NCBI GenBank assembly: GCA_965223425.1
Contig: OZ245003.1
Coordinates: forward strand, 800,001-864,000
DNA: 64,000 nucleotides
Source: Nitrosopumilus sp.
GTDB lineage: Archaea > Thermoproteota > Nitrososphaeria > Nitrososphaerales > Nitrosopumilaceae
Direction of reading: 5' to 3'
Positions within the stretch are counted from its first letter, which is position 1. Every line of letters begins with the position of its first letter. Positions 31,073 to 40,835 of the stretch are shown piece after piece. Both the position numbers and the translations under genes were made by a program. Under the pieces are notes generated by a model. It did no database searches and was not told the origin of the DNA. It worked only from the letters and a program-made list of their open reading frames with translations.

Positions 31073-32486
31073 TGGGCTTTACCTCCTCTTCTTCGCCTCT
31101 TTTCTTATACAATTCCTGCATGATCTCAACTGAATCCTCACGCCATTCCTTTGTCATCTCTTTTTTAATTCTGCCAAATATCTTGGCGTGCTGTCTTGCA
31201 CCTTGTGACTCAAATTCAACATTGAGAAGATTGCTGACTAGCTTGTAAGGAACCTTGTGATTCTCACATACCTTTTGCAATACCTCCTGTTCTGTCTCGC
31301 CAAAAGATCCAAGATCATCCTTTACTGACTCTAGCTTTATTCCAATTACATTCTCATAGATTTTGTATGCAGTGTTTTGCCAGTCTCCCTGCTCCATTCT
31401 CCAGATTCTCTGAATTTCATGAACTTCGTCTTGTGTTATTAATTCCATATCTGCATCAGGGCCATTCTTTTGAACTTCAAGCTGTCCACGCAAAAGTTTC
31501 GCTAAATACTGTTTTCTAAATTCCAATGTGTATGGTCCCGGCGTATAGTCGCTGCCGTCTTTTTTCAAATCCACTCTTCCAGATCGTCGGGTTATCTGTC
31601 GTATCTTTGGCCACTGTTCAGGATTCTGTGTTATCTTTAGCTCCTCGCGCAGCTCTACTAGCGTCTCCATCCATTCCTGACCGTTCTCAACTAGACTGTT
31701 CAATGATTTTTGTTTATCCACAACGGTACATGTCCAACAACCAAATCTTCCACTTCCACATGATGGAGTGCTAGTGTCAACTACCAAAGGACATTCACTT
31801 GCATTGGCATCCTGATATAACGCCAAAAGATCACGATTGTTTTCTCCCCAAGGATTTTTGTTTTGTAAAAGATAGTTCCATACATCCTGTGCGGTAAAAT
31901 CAACTAGTGGAGTATACACATAGGTCTGAGCAAACCTCTTATGATGAGAAAGCAGACTGTTTTCAATCTCTAATAAATTCATTGACTGCTGTCTTGTGGA
32001 GCTCTCACTTTTTCTAGTACCTAAAAGTACGATTACCTCACCATATTCAGATACTCGTTCCTTGATGAATCTGTCTGCATTGGCAATTTTGAGCATGTCC
32101 GTACACCATCGAAACATAGACGTTGGTGCAGGATAGCCAAGTCCGAGTATTCGCACCCAGAATGTATCAGATACCTTGGGTCTCAACAAATTAGTAGATA
32201 CTGGCAGGTGTGATTCTTTTGCAGCTTTTTCAATATTGGCAAGACTAGTCATGATTCTCTCTACAATCTGTGGAGATTCCACTAGGGTATCAGATGATAT
32301 CAGATAGATCTTTTTTTGCAGTTTTTCTTTTTCAAGCCCAGATAATGCATTCCATACAAGCTGCGCCATACAGGTAGAGTCTTTGCCTCCACTGTACCCC
32401 AGAATCCACGGTCTGCTATCGCCAAGGTATAACCCTCGAATCTCATCATAAATCTCCTTTAGTGATTTTTCATCAAAGACGCTCAT
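31047..32486 (-). CDS. dndC: DNA phosphorothioation sulfurtransferase DndC (PAPS reductase family)
   Basis: WILGYSGGKDS, DTLVESP, FRWCT, ECPLVVD, GRFGCWTCTVV. Confidence 0.95.
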   Translation of the reverse strand: MSVFDEKSLKEIYDEIRGLYLGDSRPWILGYSGGKDSTCMAQLVWNALSGLEKEKLQKKIYLISSDTLVESPQIVERIMTSLANIEKAAKESHLPVSTNLLRPKVSDTFWVRILGLGYPAPTSMFRWCTDMLKIANADRFIKERVSEYGEVIVLLGTRKSESSTRQQSMNLLEIENSLLSHHKRFAQTYVYTPLVDFTAQDVWNYLLQNKNPWGENNRDLLALYQDANASECPLVVDTSTPSCGSGRFGCWTCTVVDKQKSLNSLVENGQEWMETLVELREELKITQNPEQWPKIRQITRRSGRVDLKKDGSDYTPGPYTLEFRKQYLAKLLRGQLEVQKNGPDADMELITQDEVHEIQRIWRMEQGDWQNTAYKIYENVIGIKLESVKDDLGSFGETEQEVLQKVCENHKVPYKLVSNLLNVEFESQGARQHAKIFGRIKKEMTKEWREDSVEIMQELYKKRGEEEEVKPNAFKENNT

Positions 32487-34952
32487 TTACTTTCAAATCC
32501 CAACCTTGTTTTAGAAAGTTTTATTCCACAATTTTTTAATAAAATATTTGCACCGAGCTCTATACCCATAGTTGTCTTTACCATGCGCCCTCCTTGCAAC
32601 AAATTTCCTTCCCAAATAGGATTGCTTCTTGACCAATCCATTTCTCTAAGACTGGACAGCTTGTCTTTCCAAGTATCAGCATAATCTTGTAAAAGAACGC
32701 ATCCCATTATTCCAAGAGAATTTAGGGAGTTTGTATTACCATGAATGAATTCTTTTCTTACTTCATGTGGCGCAATTTTTTTATCAATTAACAACTTCCA
32801 TTCAGGAATAATCTTTGCTAACATGTTCCAAAACTCTTCAACTATTTTTTTTTGTTCTGGTGTAATCTTTTTTAATTTTTTACTTCCAAGCAGTCTCATT
32901 GTAGCGTCAGTTACTCCGTTTAATGTAAACACCTTGCTTGATCGATTAGATATTGTTGTATTTTCCAACTCTACTCTATTTTTAAAAATCTCAATACGCT
33001 TTACCATACCAACAATAAATTTAGAAAAATCATCTCGATGATCATATAAAATATTAAGTGACTTTGTTGGCTTTACAACATTTTTATTCAGATCGGAAAA
33101 CATCTGCTGGCTTCGCTCCAATCCGTTATCCTGGAAAAAAACTACTGAGATTGTCTCGTGACCTAATTCTGGTTTTTCTTTTAATGCCTCTTCAATTGCC
33201 TTTCTTCTATGTTGTCCGTCATTTATCAAAAGACGTGAATCCATGTTTATGTAAAGTCTGCCTAGCTTTCCTTCAGGGCCTAAATTCAATGATGGAATAA
33301 ATTTCATGGCACCGTCAACTGAGGCGGTAAGTGATGAAAATATGTAATTATCTGGATTATTCAGGATATAGTTTTTGAGCGCAGGTATTCTTGTCTCGCG
33401 CAAAGTTCGTTGTGCTCGAAGTTCTGCCGGAAGATCATATTCATTGAAGATAAACAATTTTGGGATGATTTTGAGGGGGCACATTGCCACATCAGTAGTT
33501 CCCAGATGTAGATTTGTGCCCAGATGTATGCTTGTGCCCAGATGCCGGTGCGTTACCGCATATTGCAATGCAAAGATCTAGATTAGGTTACGGTGTGCAA
33601 GGTGTCATGAGCAATCAAACACACGACGATCCGATCGCACACCAGTACAACATAGCATCAAACCAGTTTAAAATCTTGCGCTCGTCGTTTCAAAAGCTTG
33701 GCATGCCAATGTCTGAGAGGCACAACGCCGTATACGGATGCAATGACATACTGGACGTGCTAATCAGGGCGTCTGAGAGAAACACGTTTGTAGAATCCCT
33801 CGTACGGCGCAGCAGGCTTCAAGACACGGGCGCACGTACGCCTGATGCAGACCTGGTCATGTCTGCAGTCCGTGGCGTCGAACCGGCAGACGTGCAGGAC
33901 TGGTGTGCAAAGACATTGGCACGCACGGTACGGCACGCCGGCCGTGCAGGAATGCTGCAGGACATCGACGCCATTGCAATAGACGTTACGGACATACCAT
34001 ACCATGGGGAGCAGCTGCAGGAGCATACAAGAAAGTCGCGTCCAAGGGCAGGAACATCCACGTTTCTCTCGTATGTCGCAGTGCACGGAGTCGGCAGGGA
34101 CTCCTCGCAGATTGTCCTAGAGTCGAAGCTGCTGCCGGCAAAGGAGAAACTGGCCGATTTTATAGCCAAAACACGCACGAAAATCCTCAGAGGGGGCGCA
34201 CACTCAAAGACTGTGTTCCTGTACGACCGCGCCTTTTACAACGTTGACTGCATGACAGAGGCAGGAAAGGGCGGGTGCCGCTACATTATGCCTGTCATCA
34301 TGAACTCCAAGATCAAGAGGATAGTCAAGATGTACAAGGACGGAAAGGCAAGCCAGGTATCGCAGCAGTCAATGACCAACAAGGACGGCGTAACTGTGAC
34401 CTACAACCTTGTAATTGTCAAAAGAGACAGGAAGAAGAAGAAAAAGGAGGGGGAGGAGGAGGAAGAGAAGGAGCAATACATTGCATTTGCAACAAACATT
34501 CCCATCAGGAGTGCCAGAGCCATGACAGACATCATACCGGAGCAGTACCGCAAGAGATGGGGCATCGAGACGGGGTTTCGCGTCATAAAGAAAATCATGG
34601 GCAGGACATGCAGCAACTCCCTGGCTGTGAGGCTGCTGATGTTTTACCTGCCGCTGCTTCTGTACAACCTGTGGAGGATTGCCAGGTTCTGCCTTGATGC
34701 AGGAAAGAGGCACGGAAGAGTGTCTTCTGCGGGGGAAAAACTTACCATGGCGTTGTTTATCGTGTACATTACAGGCAGGAACGAGCTGTTTGTCAATGAT
34801 CGAGGCAAGTAGAGCCGGTGCCAGTTGCGGTTGCGGTAAATCTACATCTGGGAACTACTGACATAGAACTTGTGGCTTGCCTGAATTCCACGTATTGCAT
34901 CAAATCCGTATGTCTCACTACCTACTGATTGTTCGGTTTGTTCTTTACCCAT
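32483..34952 (-). pseudogene. dndB: DndB (DGQHR domain) split by an ISH3 insertion
   Basis: Removing 33493-34860 and one ACAT restores MGKEQ...FDAIRGIQASHKFYVAMCPLKIIPKLF...RAQR...NDGQHR...QQMFSDLN. Confidence 0.9.
33493..34860 (+). mobile_element. ISH3-family IS (transposase ORF 33514-34812), 4-bp TSD ACAT
   Basis: TIR CAGTAGTTCCCAGATGTAGATTT; AIDVT, YDRAFY, YRKRWGIETGFR. ACAT at 33489-33492 and 34861-34864. Confidence 0.93.
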
Positions 34953-34965
34953 ACTAACATTAGTT

Positions 34966-35019
34966 GGAAGTATGTTAAAAAGGTTAGGAAGTATGTTTTT
35001 TATATATTGGAAGTATGTT
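34966..35019 (-). promoter_or_regulatory. three phased GGAAGTATGTT repeats overlapping the dndB TATA box
   Basis: Exact 11-mers at 34966, 34987 and 35009. TATATAAA on the minus strand lies between copies 2 and 3. Confidence 0.65.
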
Positions 35020-35186
35020 TAAAATGCCTTTTTAAGCATCTCAAGGTTTGATTTAGATAGTTTCATTGTGAACATGTTTGCCTTTGGATGTTTGGCTCCT
35101 TTGACCATGGGATGAAAGACTATTTTGATATGATCTCCTTCTTTGGTAACAGTTGCTGGACGATCTCCAATTTTGATTTCAGTCAT
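35019..35186 (-). CDS. 55-aa small protein (not in ORF track), paralog of 58096-58263
   Basis: Translates to MTEIKIGDRPATVTKEGDHIKIVFHPMVKGAKHPKANMFTMKLSKSNLEMLKKAF. Confidence 0.7.
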   Translation of the reverse strand: MTEIKIGDRPATVTKEGDHIKIVFHPMVKGAKHPKANMFTMKLSKSNLEMLKKAF

Positions 35187-35270
35187 ACTTGCAGACTAGT
35201 CATTTTGCTTATTTAGTTTTCCAAATTCTACATGAAAAGGCTATTTTGATAAAAAAGAGGTTTTTGGGCT

Positions 35271-35430
35271 TGATTATTCCATGGGGGCTTGAATGTAAAA
35301 TTCTCAAAAATTATAAGCAAGCCAACATTATAGAATATGTCACGGTTCCCGTCCATGGGAGATGATTCGTCATCTCTCACCGGGAGTTTTTGATTAGATA
35401 ATTTCATGTGATTATTCCATGGGGGCTTGA
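35271..35430 (+). repeat. 22-bp perfect direct repeat x2 (TGATTATTCCATGGGGGCTTGA)
   Basis: Copies at 35271-35292 and 35409-35430. Confidence 0.85.
35340..35392 (+). ncRNA. candidate small hairpin RNA
   Basis: BRE/TATA-like AAAAATTATAAG at 35306-35317, a 9-bp stem with TTCG loop (35357-35378), an outer 6-bp stem, then a T-run. Confidence 0.4.
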
Positions 35431-35629
35431 TTCAAAAATTTTTCTTTAGAAAATTTTGATAGGTTAGGTTCTGGGCTCCGTCAGGAGCTCAAGTGATGTG
35501 GTACAAGGACTTCCGATAGGAAGTCCTGAGAGAAAGATGTTGAAGTGCTGAATCAGAGTTCGTTGAATTTATTTTTATGAGGTAAATGCGAAGGAAAAAT
35601 CATGTCATGGTGTGCGTAAAGAGTTTCAA

Positions 35630-35968
35630 GGTGCTGTCCAAATTGACTGATTTGGATCACATGTTCCGTGATTTTTGCGCAAAAACAGGCAAGACGGCGG
35701 TGCTGCCCATGCCAGAAGAATACCGGTGACACCATATCATCAGGTGCTGCCTTGTCCCAAAGAATGGCAAGCAGGAGTACAGCTTACGCTGGGAAAGCCC
35801 TCTCCGCATTACGGCAGTCTTATGCGGCCAGATTGTAGCAGATGCACTTTAGGACAAGCTGCAGCCTTCTCATGGATGCCGTCCTTGCACGGGCGACTGC
35901 GCCGAACCTCTCCTTCATGACAGAAAACGTGTTCTCCACCAGGCTGTACTGGCCGTAGGCCTTTGCAA
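35630..35968 (-). mobile_element. partial right end of the IS5-family element at 54707-55932
   Basis: Reverse-complement match to about 55600-55932, including the TIR GGTGCTGTCCAAATT. Confidence 0.8.
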
Positions 35969-36065
35969 GCCTCCTAAAAATAAGGCGAAATGATTGTCGT
36001 ACAGCAGAGACACTTGGTATGTGCCACCAATGTTATTAGTTACAACTCAAAGTTAACTCAGAATC

Positions 36066-36383
36066 ATGAGACTCCCCGTTAATGGCACACCGGAATTTGG
36101 AGAATTTTTTCAGTCGTTGAACAAGACAGAGAGGCTGTTCAAGGAACTAGACTCAATTTTAGAGACACTTGCAGAAAACCCCCGATTGGGAGATCTGATA
36201 AGATTTGAGATGATTCCAAAGTCACTCAAGAAAAAATATCCGGATCTTGCCAACTTGTTGCGAGTAAAGGTAAATGGGGATTGGCGGCTATTGTATACTT
36301 TGGTCGGATGGCCACAAAACAAAACAGTACATGTTTTGATGGCTATGCCTCACAAAGAATATGACAGATTGTTTGGTTATTGA
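36066..36383 (+). CDS. RelE/HigB-like putative toxin (archaeal type)
   Basis: LAENPRLGD, DWRLLYTL, HKEYDRLFGY. Confidence 0.65.
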   Translation: MRLPVNGTPEFGEFFQSLNKTERLFKELDSILETLAENPRLGDLIRFEMIPKSLKKKYPDLANLLRVKVNGDWRLLYTLVGWPQNKTVHVLMAMPHKEYDRLFGY

Positions 36384-36671
36384 TTATTTCAATGGAATTG
36401 AGTTCTTTTGTAAATCAACTAGTCCTGGCTTGCTTCTTGCAAATATCCAAAATACTGCACCGTTCTTGTCATATGATATTTTGTTTGATTCTTCTAAATA
36501 CACTAAAACTTTCTTGAAGGTGGCATGCTGTACACCACGTGGTAATGCGTTATACAGTTCTGTTACAGTTCTAAAATCGTGATTTGACTCTATTGTTTGC
36601 TCTATCATCTGTATCGTATCCAGATTTGGGCTATGTGCTTTCTTTGTTGCAACAACAGTATTTCCACTCAT
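36384..36671 (-). CDS. winged-helix protein, putative antitoxin/regulator
   Basis: HSPNLDTIQMIE...LP...VLVYLEESNKI...WIF; abuts the toxin stop tail-to-tail. Confidence 0.6.
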   Translation of the reverse strand: MSGNTVVATKKAHSPNLDTIQMIEQTIESNHDFRTVTELYNALPRGVQHATFKKVLVYLEESNKISYDKNGAVFWIFARSKPGLVDLQKNSIPLK

Positions 36672-36946
36672 ACAATGTAATGTACACTATTGTATATATA
36701 CATTATTGTATATGCAGTCTTCCCAGAAGTACTTCGTAGAGATTACCAAGAGGAGAAACTTTCTACTACAAAGAATCACACGCACCCATAATCTGTAGAA
36801 TCACGAATTACTGGTTACAGTTCAGAGGAAAACTTGGTACTTCAGTCTTCCCAGAAGTACCTCGAAAATAGTTCCTAAACAGTAACAGATCAATTAGGGC
36901 AGTCCCAGAAGGCCTTCATGCACCACCAAAAAGACCAACTGGGACG

Positions 36947-36972
36947 TGTGGGATCCTAAAAGTAGTTCACCC
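36947..36972. repeat. isolated IS481-type terminal repeat
   Basis: TGTGGGATCCTAAAAGTAGTTCACCC, identical to 12908-12933. Confidence 0.7.
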
Positions 36973-36974
36973 TA

Positions 36975-39315
36975 GCTTGTTGCATAACACGCCTAAAATC
37001 CACCACGCAGTTTAAACTGACCAACAAACACACATGTTTCTGACCGAAAAAGCTTTAGATCATGACAGCATGCTCCAAGTGTTGACCGATAATGCAAAGT
37101 ACGTACGGCGTGGTGCAGAGCTGGTAGTGCAGTACAACCCGGACTGGAGCTGCGAGGTAAGGCAGGCCAACTGCGGCAAGGAGGAGGGGGCCCAGTTCCA
37201 GTATGCAGACACCATGATCATATGACAGCCGCACTGAGAACCGCCCTCGGCGTTCCATTCAGGCAGCTGTCCGGGATGGCAGACAAGATGCTTGAGGGGC
37301 ACGACTCGCCGCACCATACCACGTGTGCAGAAGAATGGAGAAATTTGACATTAACATTCACGGCAACGCCATATACGTTCATGATGCATCCCGGCACGTA
37401 ACCCTGGTGGCCGATGCCACCGGACTCAGACAGTGGAACCGTGGAGAATGGATACGCGACAAGTGGAAGGTGGTGGTGCGCAAGGGATACATCAAGATGC
37501 ACCTGCCGGCAGATGCGGACACCGGCATGATACTGGCTGCCGTAGTCACAGACGACAGAACCGGCGACTCGCCGGTGCTGCAGGATCTGCCGGATCAGGC
37601 AGCAGCCGAACCGTTTGCCAAGGCCGGGAAGGACGATGCAAGAAAGAGGCCAAACATGCTTGCAGACGGAGTCTCTCCGCTTGCCGGTTCGGCAGGCGGC
37701 AGGGAAGAAGAAGAAGAAGTGCCAAGTGCCAGCCTGCTTGCCGACTGCGCGTACGCCTCCAAGAAAAACATGAATGCGTGCAGGAGGAAGGGCATCGAGC
37801 CGCTTGTGCCCCTCAAACCATGCTTTACTGAGAGCGGCATGGGCGATGACGGCAAGGCGTGGAACCGGGCCGTGAAAGAGCAGCTGGGAGGCAGCGCAGA
37901 CATGCACGTAGTGAATTGGATTAACAATCGGTCACAAAACAGACAACATTGTTTTATCACAAGATCTAGATCCCAGTGTATGGCAGAATCCGCATGAAAT
38001 ACAACGATTCTGCAATACCGGCAGACAGAAGGTTCCTGTCCGGCGTCTCCAGTGCGCGCCTGCGCAGCATGCAAAAAAAGGAGACAGATCCCAGGGCCGC
38101 AGCAAGGCTGCTGGCATATGCCATGCGCAAGGAGGGCATGTCCATACGCCGGATATGCATGGCCCTCAACAGGTCATATTCCACAGTACGGGGCTGGCTT
38201 GTGCGCGCCGCACAGCTTGGCACCTACGGCAGGTACGACATCAAAAATGAAGGCGCGCCAAACAAGCTCGATCCGGAACAGACAAAGCAGCTGCGCGCAG
38301 ACCTGCTGGCAGGCCCGCGCAGTTGCGGCTTTGAGTCCGGAGTGTGGACGGCACCGCTGCTGGCCGTACACATCAGAAAAAAGTTCGGCGTGCAGTATGC
38401 CACTGTCAGCATATATGACATACTGCACAGGATGGGCTTTTCGTGCAGAAAGCCGCGTCCAAAGCACCCAAGTCAGCCTCAGAATCAGAGAAAAAAGAGT
38501 TTAAAAAAAAAGCAGGGGAGATAATCCGGAGCCATCCAGACCATACGGTGGTTACAGTTGACGAGGCCTCCTTTATCATTGGGTGGAATACCAAGAACGG
38601 GTGGTACCTCAAGGGCAGGCCCGTCACCACTCCAGTCAGCCTGTCGCGCAAAAGGTTCTACTCGTTTGGGGCGCTGTACGACGGCGGCTTTGACTGCAGG
38701 TTCTATGCCAAGGCCGACAGCTACGGCTTTGTGGACATGCTCGGACACCTGCATCTCAAGCACGGCAAGATCATCGTCTTTCTTGATAACGCATCGTACC
38801 ACAAGTCAAAGATGGTCAATGATTTTGTCGACTCGTATGACGGCGACATAGTCCTTGTTTACTTGCCCGTGTACACCCCGGAGCTGAATACCACGGAGGG
38901 GCAGTGGAGGCTGTTAAGAAGGGCCACTGCAAACGTGATGTATGAAAGCACAAAGGTGATGAAGGAATCCATATGGACAATGCTGGATAGACGTGAGGTC
39001 AGGATAACAAGGATGAGCGGTTATTTATCCTAGTCACTACGTCAAGGGACTGACAGTGGAACAGAAAAAGGAGAACAGAAGATACTGGAAGTCGACTGTA
39101 GGGTACGGCAAAAGGTGGAGAATAGGGGCAATCATCTCCGCATTCAAGCGGATGTTCGGAGAGCATCTGCTCTCACGCAAATGGGAGAGCATGGTAAGAG
39201 AGGTAAGGATGAGGATTGCCATGTACAACCGGTGGGTGGCAGTAGCAATGTAGGGGAGCAGGTGCATGGATCCTGGGACGAACGGGATGTGGTCATGCCG
39301 AGTTATGCAACACAC
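36975..39315 (+). mobile_element. IS5-family element, transposase frameshifted and split by IS630
   Basis: TIR GCTTGTTGCATAAC / GTTATGCAACACAC with TA flanks; VADATGL, GEW, KMHL, LLADCAY, YGKRW.I...SAFKRMFGE. Confidence 0.8.
37909..39039 (+). mobile_element. IS630-family element (ORFs 37976-38524 and 38443-39033, -1 frameshift)
   Basis: HTH N-terminus; VDEAS, LDNASYH, YTPELNTTE. Ends TAGTGAATTGGATTAA / TTTATCCTAGTCACTA flanked by CG on both sides. Confidence 0.9.
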
Positions 39316-39319
39316 TATA

Positions 39320-39856
39320 GCATGCGCCTTTCCTGGGCTGCACGCAGTCATTGACGCATCAGAGCGGCAGATTCAAAGGCCCAAGAACAAGTCCAGGAGA
39401 AAGACACACTATTCGGGCAAAAAGAAGATGCATACGGTCAAGACACAGTACGTTGTAAACGCAGACGGCATGATTATGCACAGGACGCCGCACTCGCCTG
39501 GAAGCAGGCATGACTATTCTGTCTTCAAGTCAAAGTGCCCAAAACTTTCAGGAGATCTGAAAATCCTTGTGGATCTTGGATATCAGGGGATACGGAAGGA
39601 CTATCCGGAGCTTGACGTGTTGATCCCGTACAAGAAGCCAAGGGGCGGCAAGCTTGATGATGCGCAGAAGGAATTCAACCGGGAGCTGTCCAGAGCAAGG
39701 GTACCGGTGAGCATGTCATCTCAAGGATCAAGAAATTCGGCATAATGAGGGACAAGTTTAGGAACAGACTGTGCAGGTATGACTGCATCAATGCCATAAT
39801 CTGCGGCCTGATCAACTACAAGCTGAAGACGCGCGATTTTGTTGTGATACCATGAC
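39320..39856 (+). pseudogene. IS5-family (ISL2/DDE_Tnp_4) transposase 3' remnant
   Basis: IDASE...RPK...YSGKKKMHTVK, DLGYQG, FNRELSRARV; frameshift near 39710. Confidence 0.8.
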
Positions 39857-39893
39857 GTAACAAGGAATCAGTTTGGTGAAACGTCAGGTTTTG

Positions 39894-40730
39894 TTAGTAA
39901 TTACAGATCAGGTCTATTTTCGGAACGTCGGTGTTATCCACACCGGTCTGAAAATCCTTTTCTTCTTTCGATGACTGTTTCCATGCTTTTGCCTCTTCTA
40001 GATACTTGGTACAGTCGGTGCCATTCTCTATTATTTCACAGTCACCGTACTCGCCAACGTATGACCAGTATACTAGATCTGCATCATGCATCTCATATGG
40101 AGGTTTACCAAGCAGGGTTGCAGTCTCCTCAATCTCTAATATCTCCGGGGTCAGTACACTCATGTCGCCGAACATGTCTTGCAGGCTAGGCGTCGTTGCG
40201 TTGATCGGATACTCTGCTTCCAGATACGTGTGGAGTTTTTGCAGCGGTTCCAAGTCAGGTTGCTGGTATGTTCCGGCCAACTTGCGCTCGTGTATCACGA
40301 GTGCAGCTATTTTTTCCTTGACTACTACCGTGTCTGTCAGCACGTCAAAGTTGAACGACAACATCGTAAACCCATTTGCCTTTTCCAAATAGGGGTTGCC
40401 TTTACTGTACTCCAGCAGGTCGTTGAGATGGTTATAGGAACTCAGTGCTTGATCCAATCCACCAAAGTGCTCAATTACTGCAGGTGACATCTCATACGGT
40501 ATGAGATAATCGTCAAAGATCTTTCCTTCCTCAAGCGATATCTGCTTTAGATCGTTGATGGACAATTCTACTTGTAGTTCCTCGATGGACAATTCTACTT
40601 GTAGTTCCTCATTTTGGGCGTCTGCCGTGATTTGTGTTGTTAGTACGACACTGGCAGCAGCCATTGTGAGAACTATCCAGAATATTGTTTTATTCATGTT
40701 TAATGATTTTTGAAGGTTGGATATATACAT
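39894..40730 (-). CDS. secreted hypothetical protein, probably 3'-truncated
   Basis: Signal peptide (MNKTIFWIVLTMAAAS...), acidic, with a 27-bp tandem duplication (EELQVELSI x2). Confidence 0.65.
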   Translation of the reverse strand: MYISNLQKSLNMNKTIFWIVLTMAAASVVLTTQITADAQNEELQVELSIEELQVELSINDLKQISLEEGKIFDDYLIPYEMSPAVIEHFGGLDQALSSYNHLNDLLEYSKGNPYLEKANGFTMLSFNFDVLTDTVVVKEKIAALVIHERKLAGTYQQPDLEPLQKLHTYLEAEYPINATTPSLQDMFGDMSVLTPEILEIEETATLLGKPPYEMHDADLVYWSYVGEYGDCEIIENGTDCTKYLEEAKAWKQSSKEEKDFQTGVDNTDVPKIDLICNY

Positions 40731-40749
40731 TCATCTTCAAAGTGAAACA

Positions 40750-40835
40750 TGTGGGATATGAAAAGTAGTTTGTCCCCTATGAAACATCATGTTCCTCTCC
40801 TGTCTTCTCATCTATGACCGTTTGGCCTGCAGGCG
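40750..40835. repeat. IS481-type terminal segment
   Basis: Near-identical to 50442-50527. Confidence 0.75.

Noticed and set aside
32483-33568. ORF-track 361-aa ORF as an intact dndB
   Set aside because: Its first 26 residues or so come from the IS left end; the real N-terminus is at 34861-34952.
34430-34475. Nuclear localisation signal in the ISH3 transposase (RKKKKK)
   Set aside because: Explained by a purine microsatellite that varies between copies; nothing supports eukaryotic targeting.
35271-35430. Chromosomal origin with ORB elements
   Set aside because: TTCCATGGGGG only loosely resembles an ORB, and no cdc6/orc1 gene is nearby.
35493-35551. Box C/D guide RNA (GTGATG...CTGA...CTGA)
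   Set aside because: The C and C' boxes are degenerate and the guide position is occupied by a perfect hairpin; kept only as a generic structured-RNA candidate.
35271-36912. CRISPR array from the 22-bp or 18-bp repeats
   Set aside because: Only two full copies of each, spaced 138 and 128 bp; no cas genes in the window.
39266-39745. Intact 159-aa gene
   Set aside because: Chimera of the IS5 right end and a frameshifted ISL2-type remnant.
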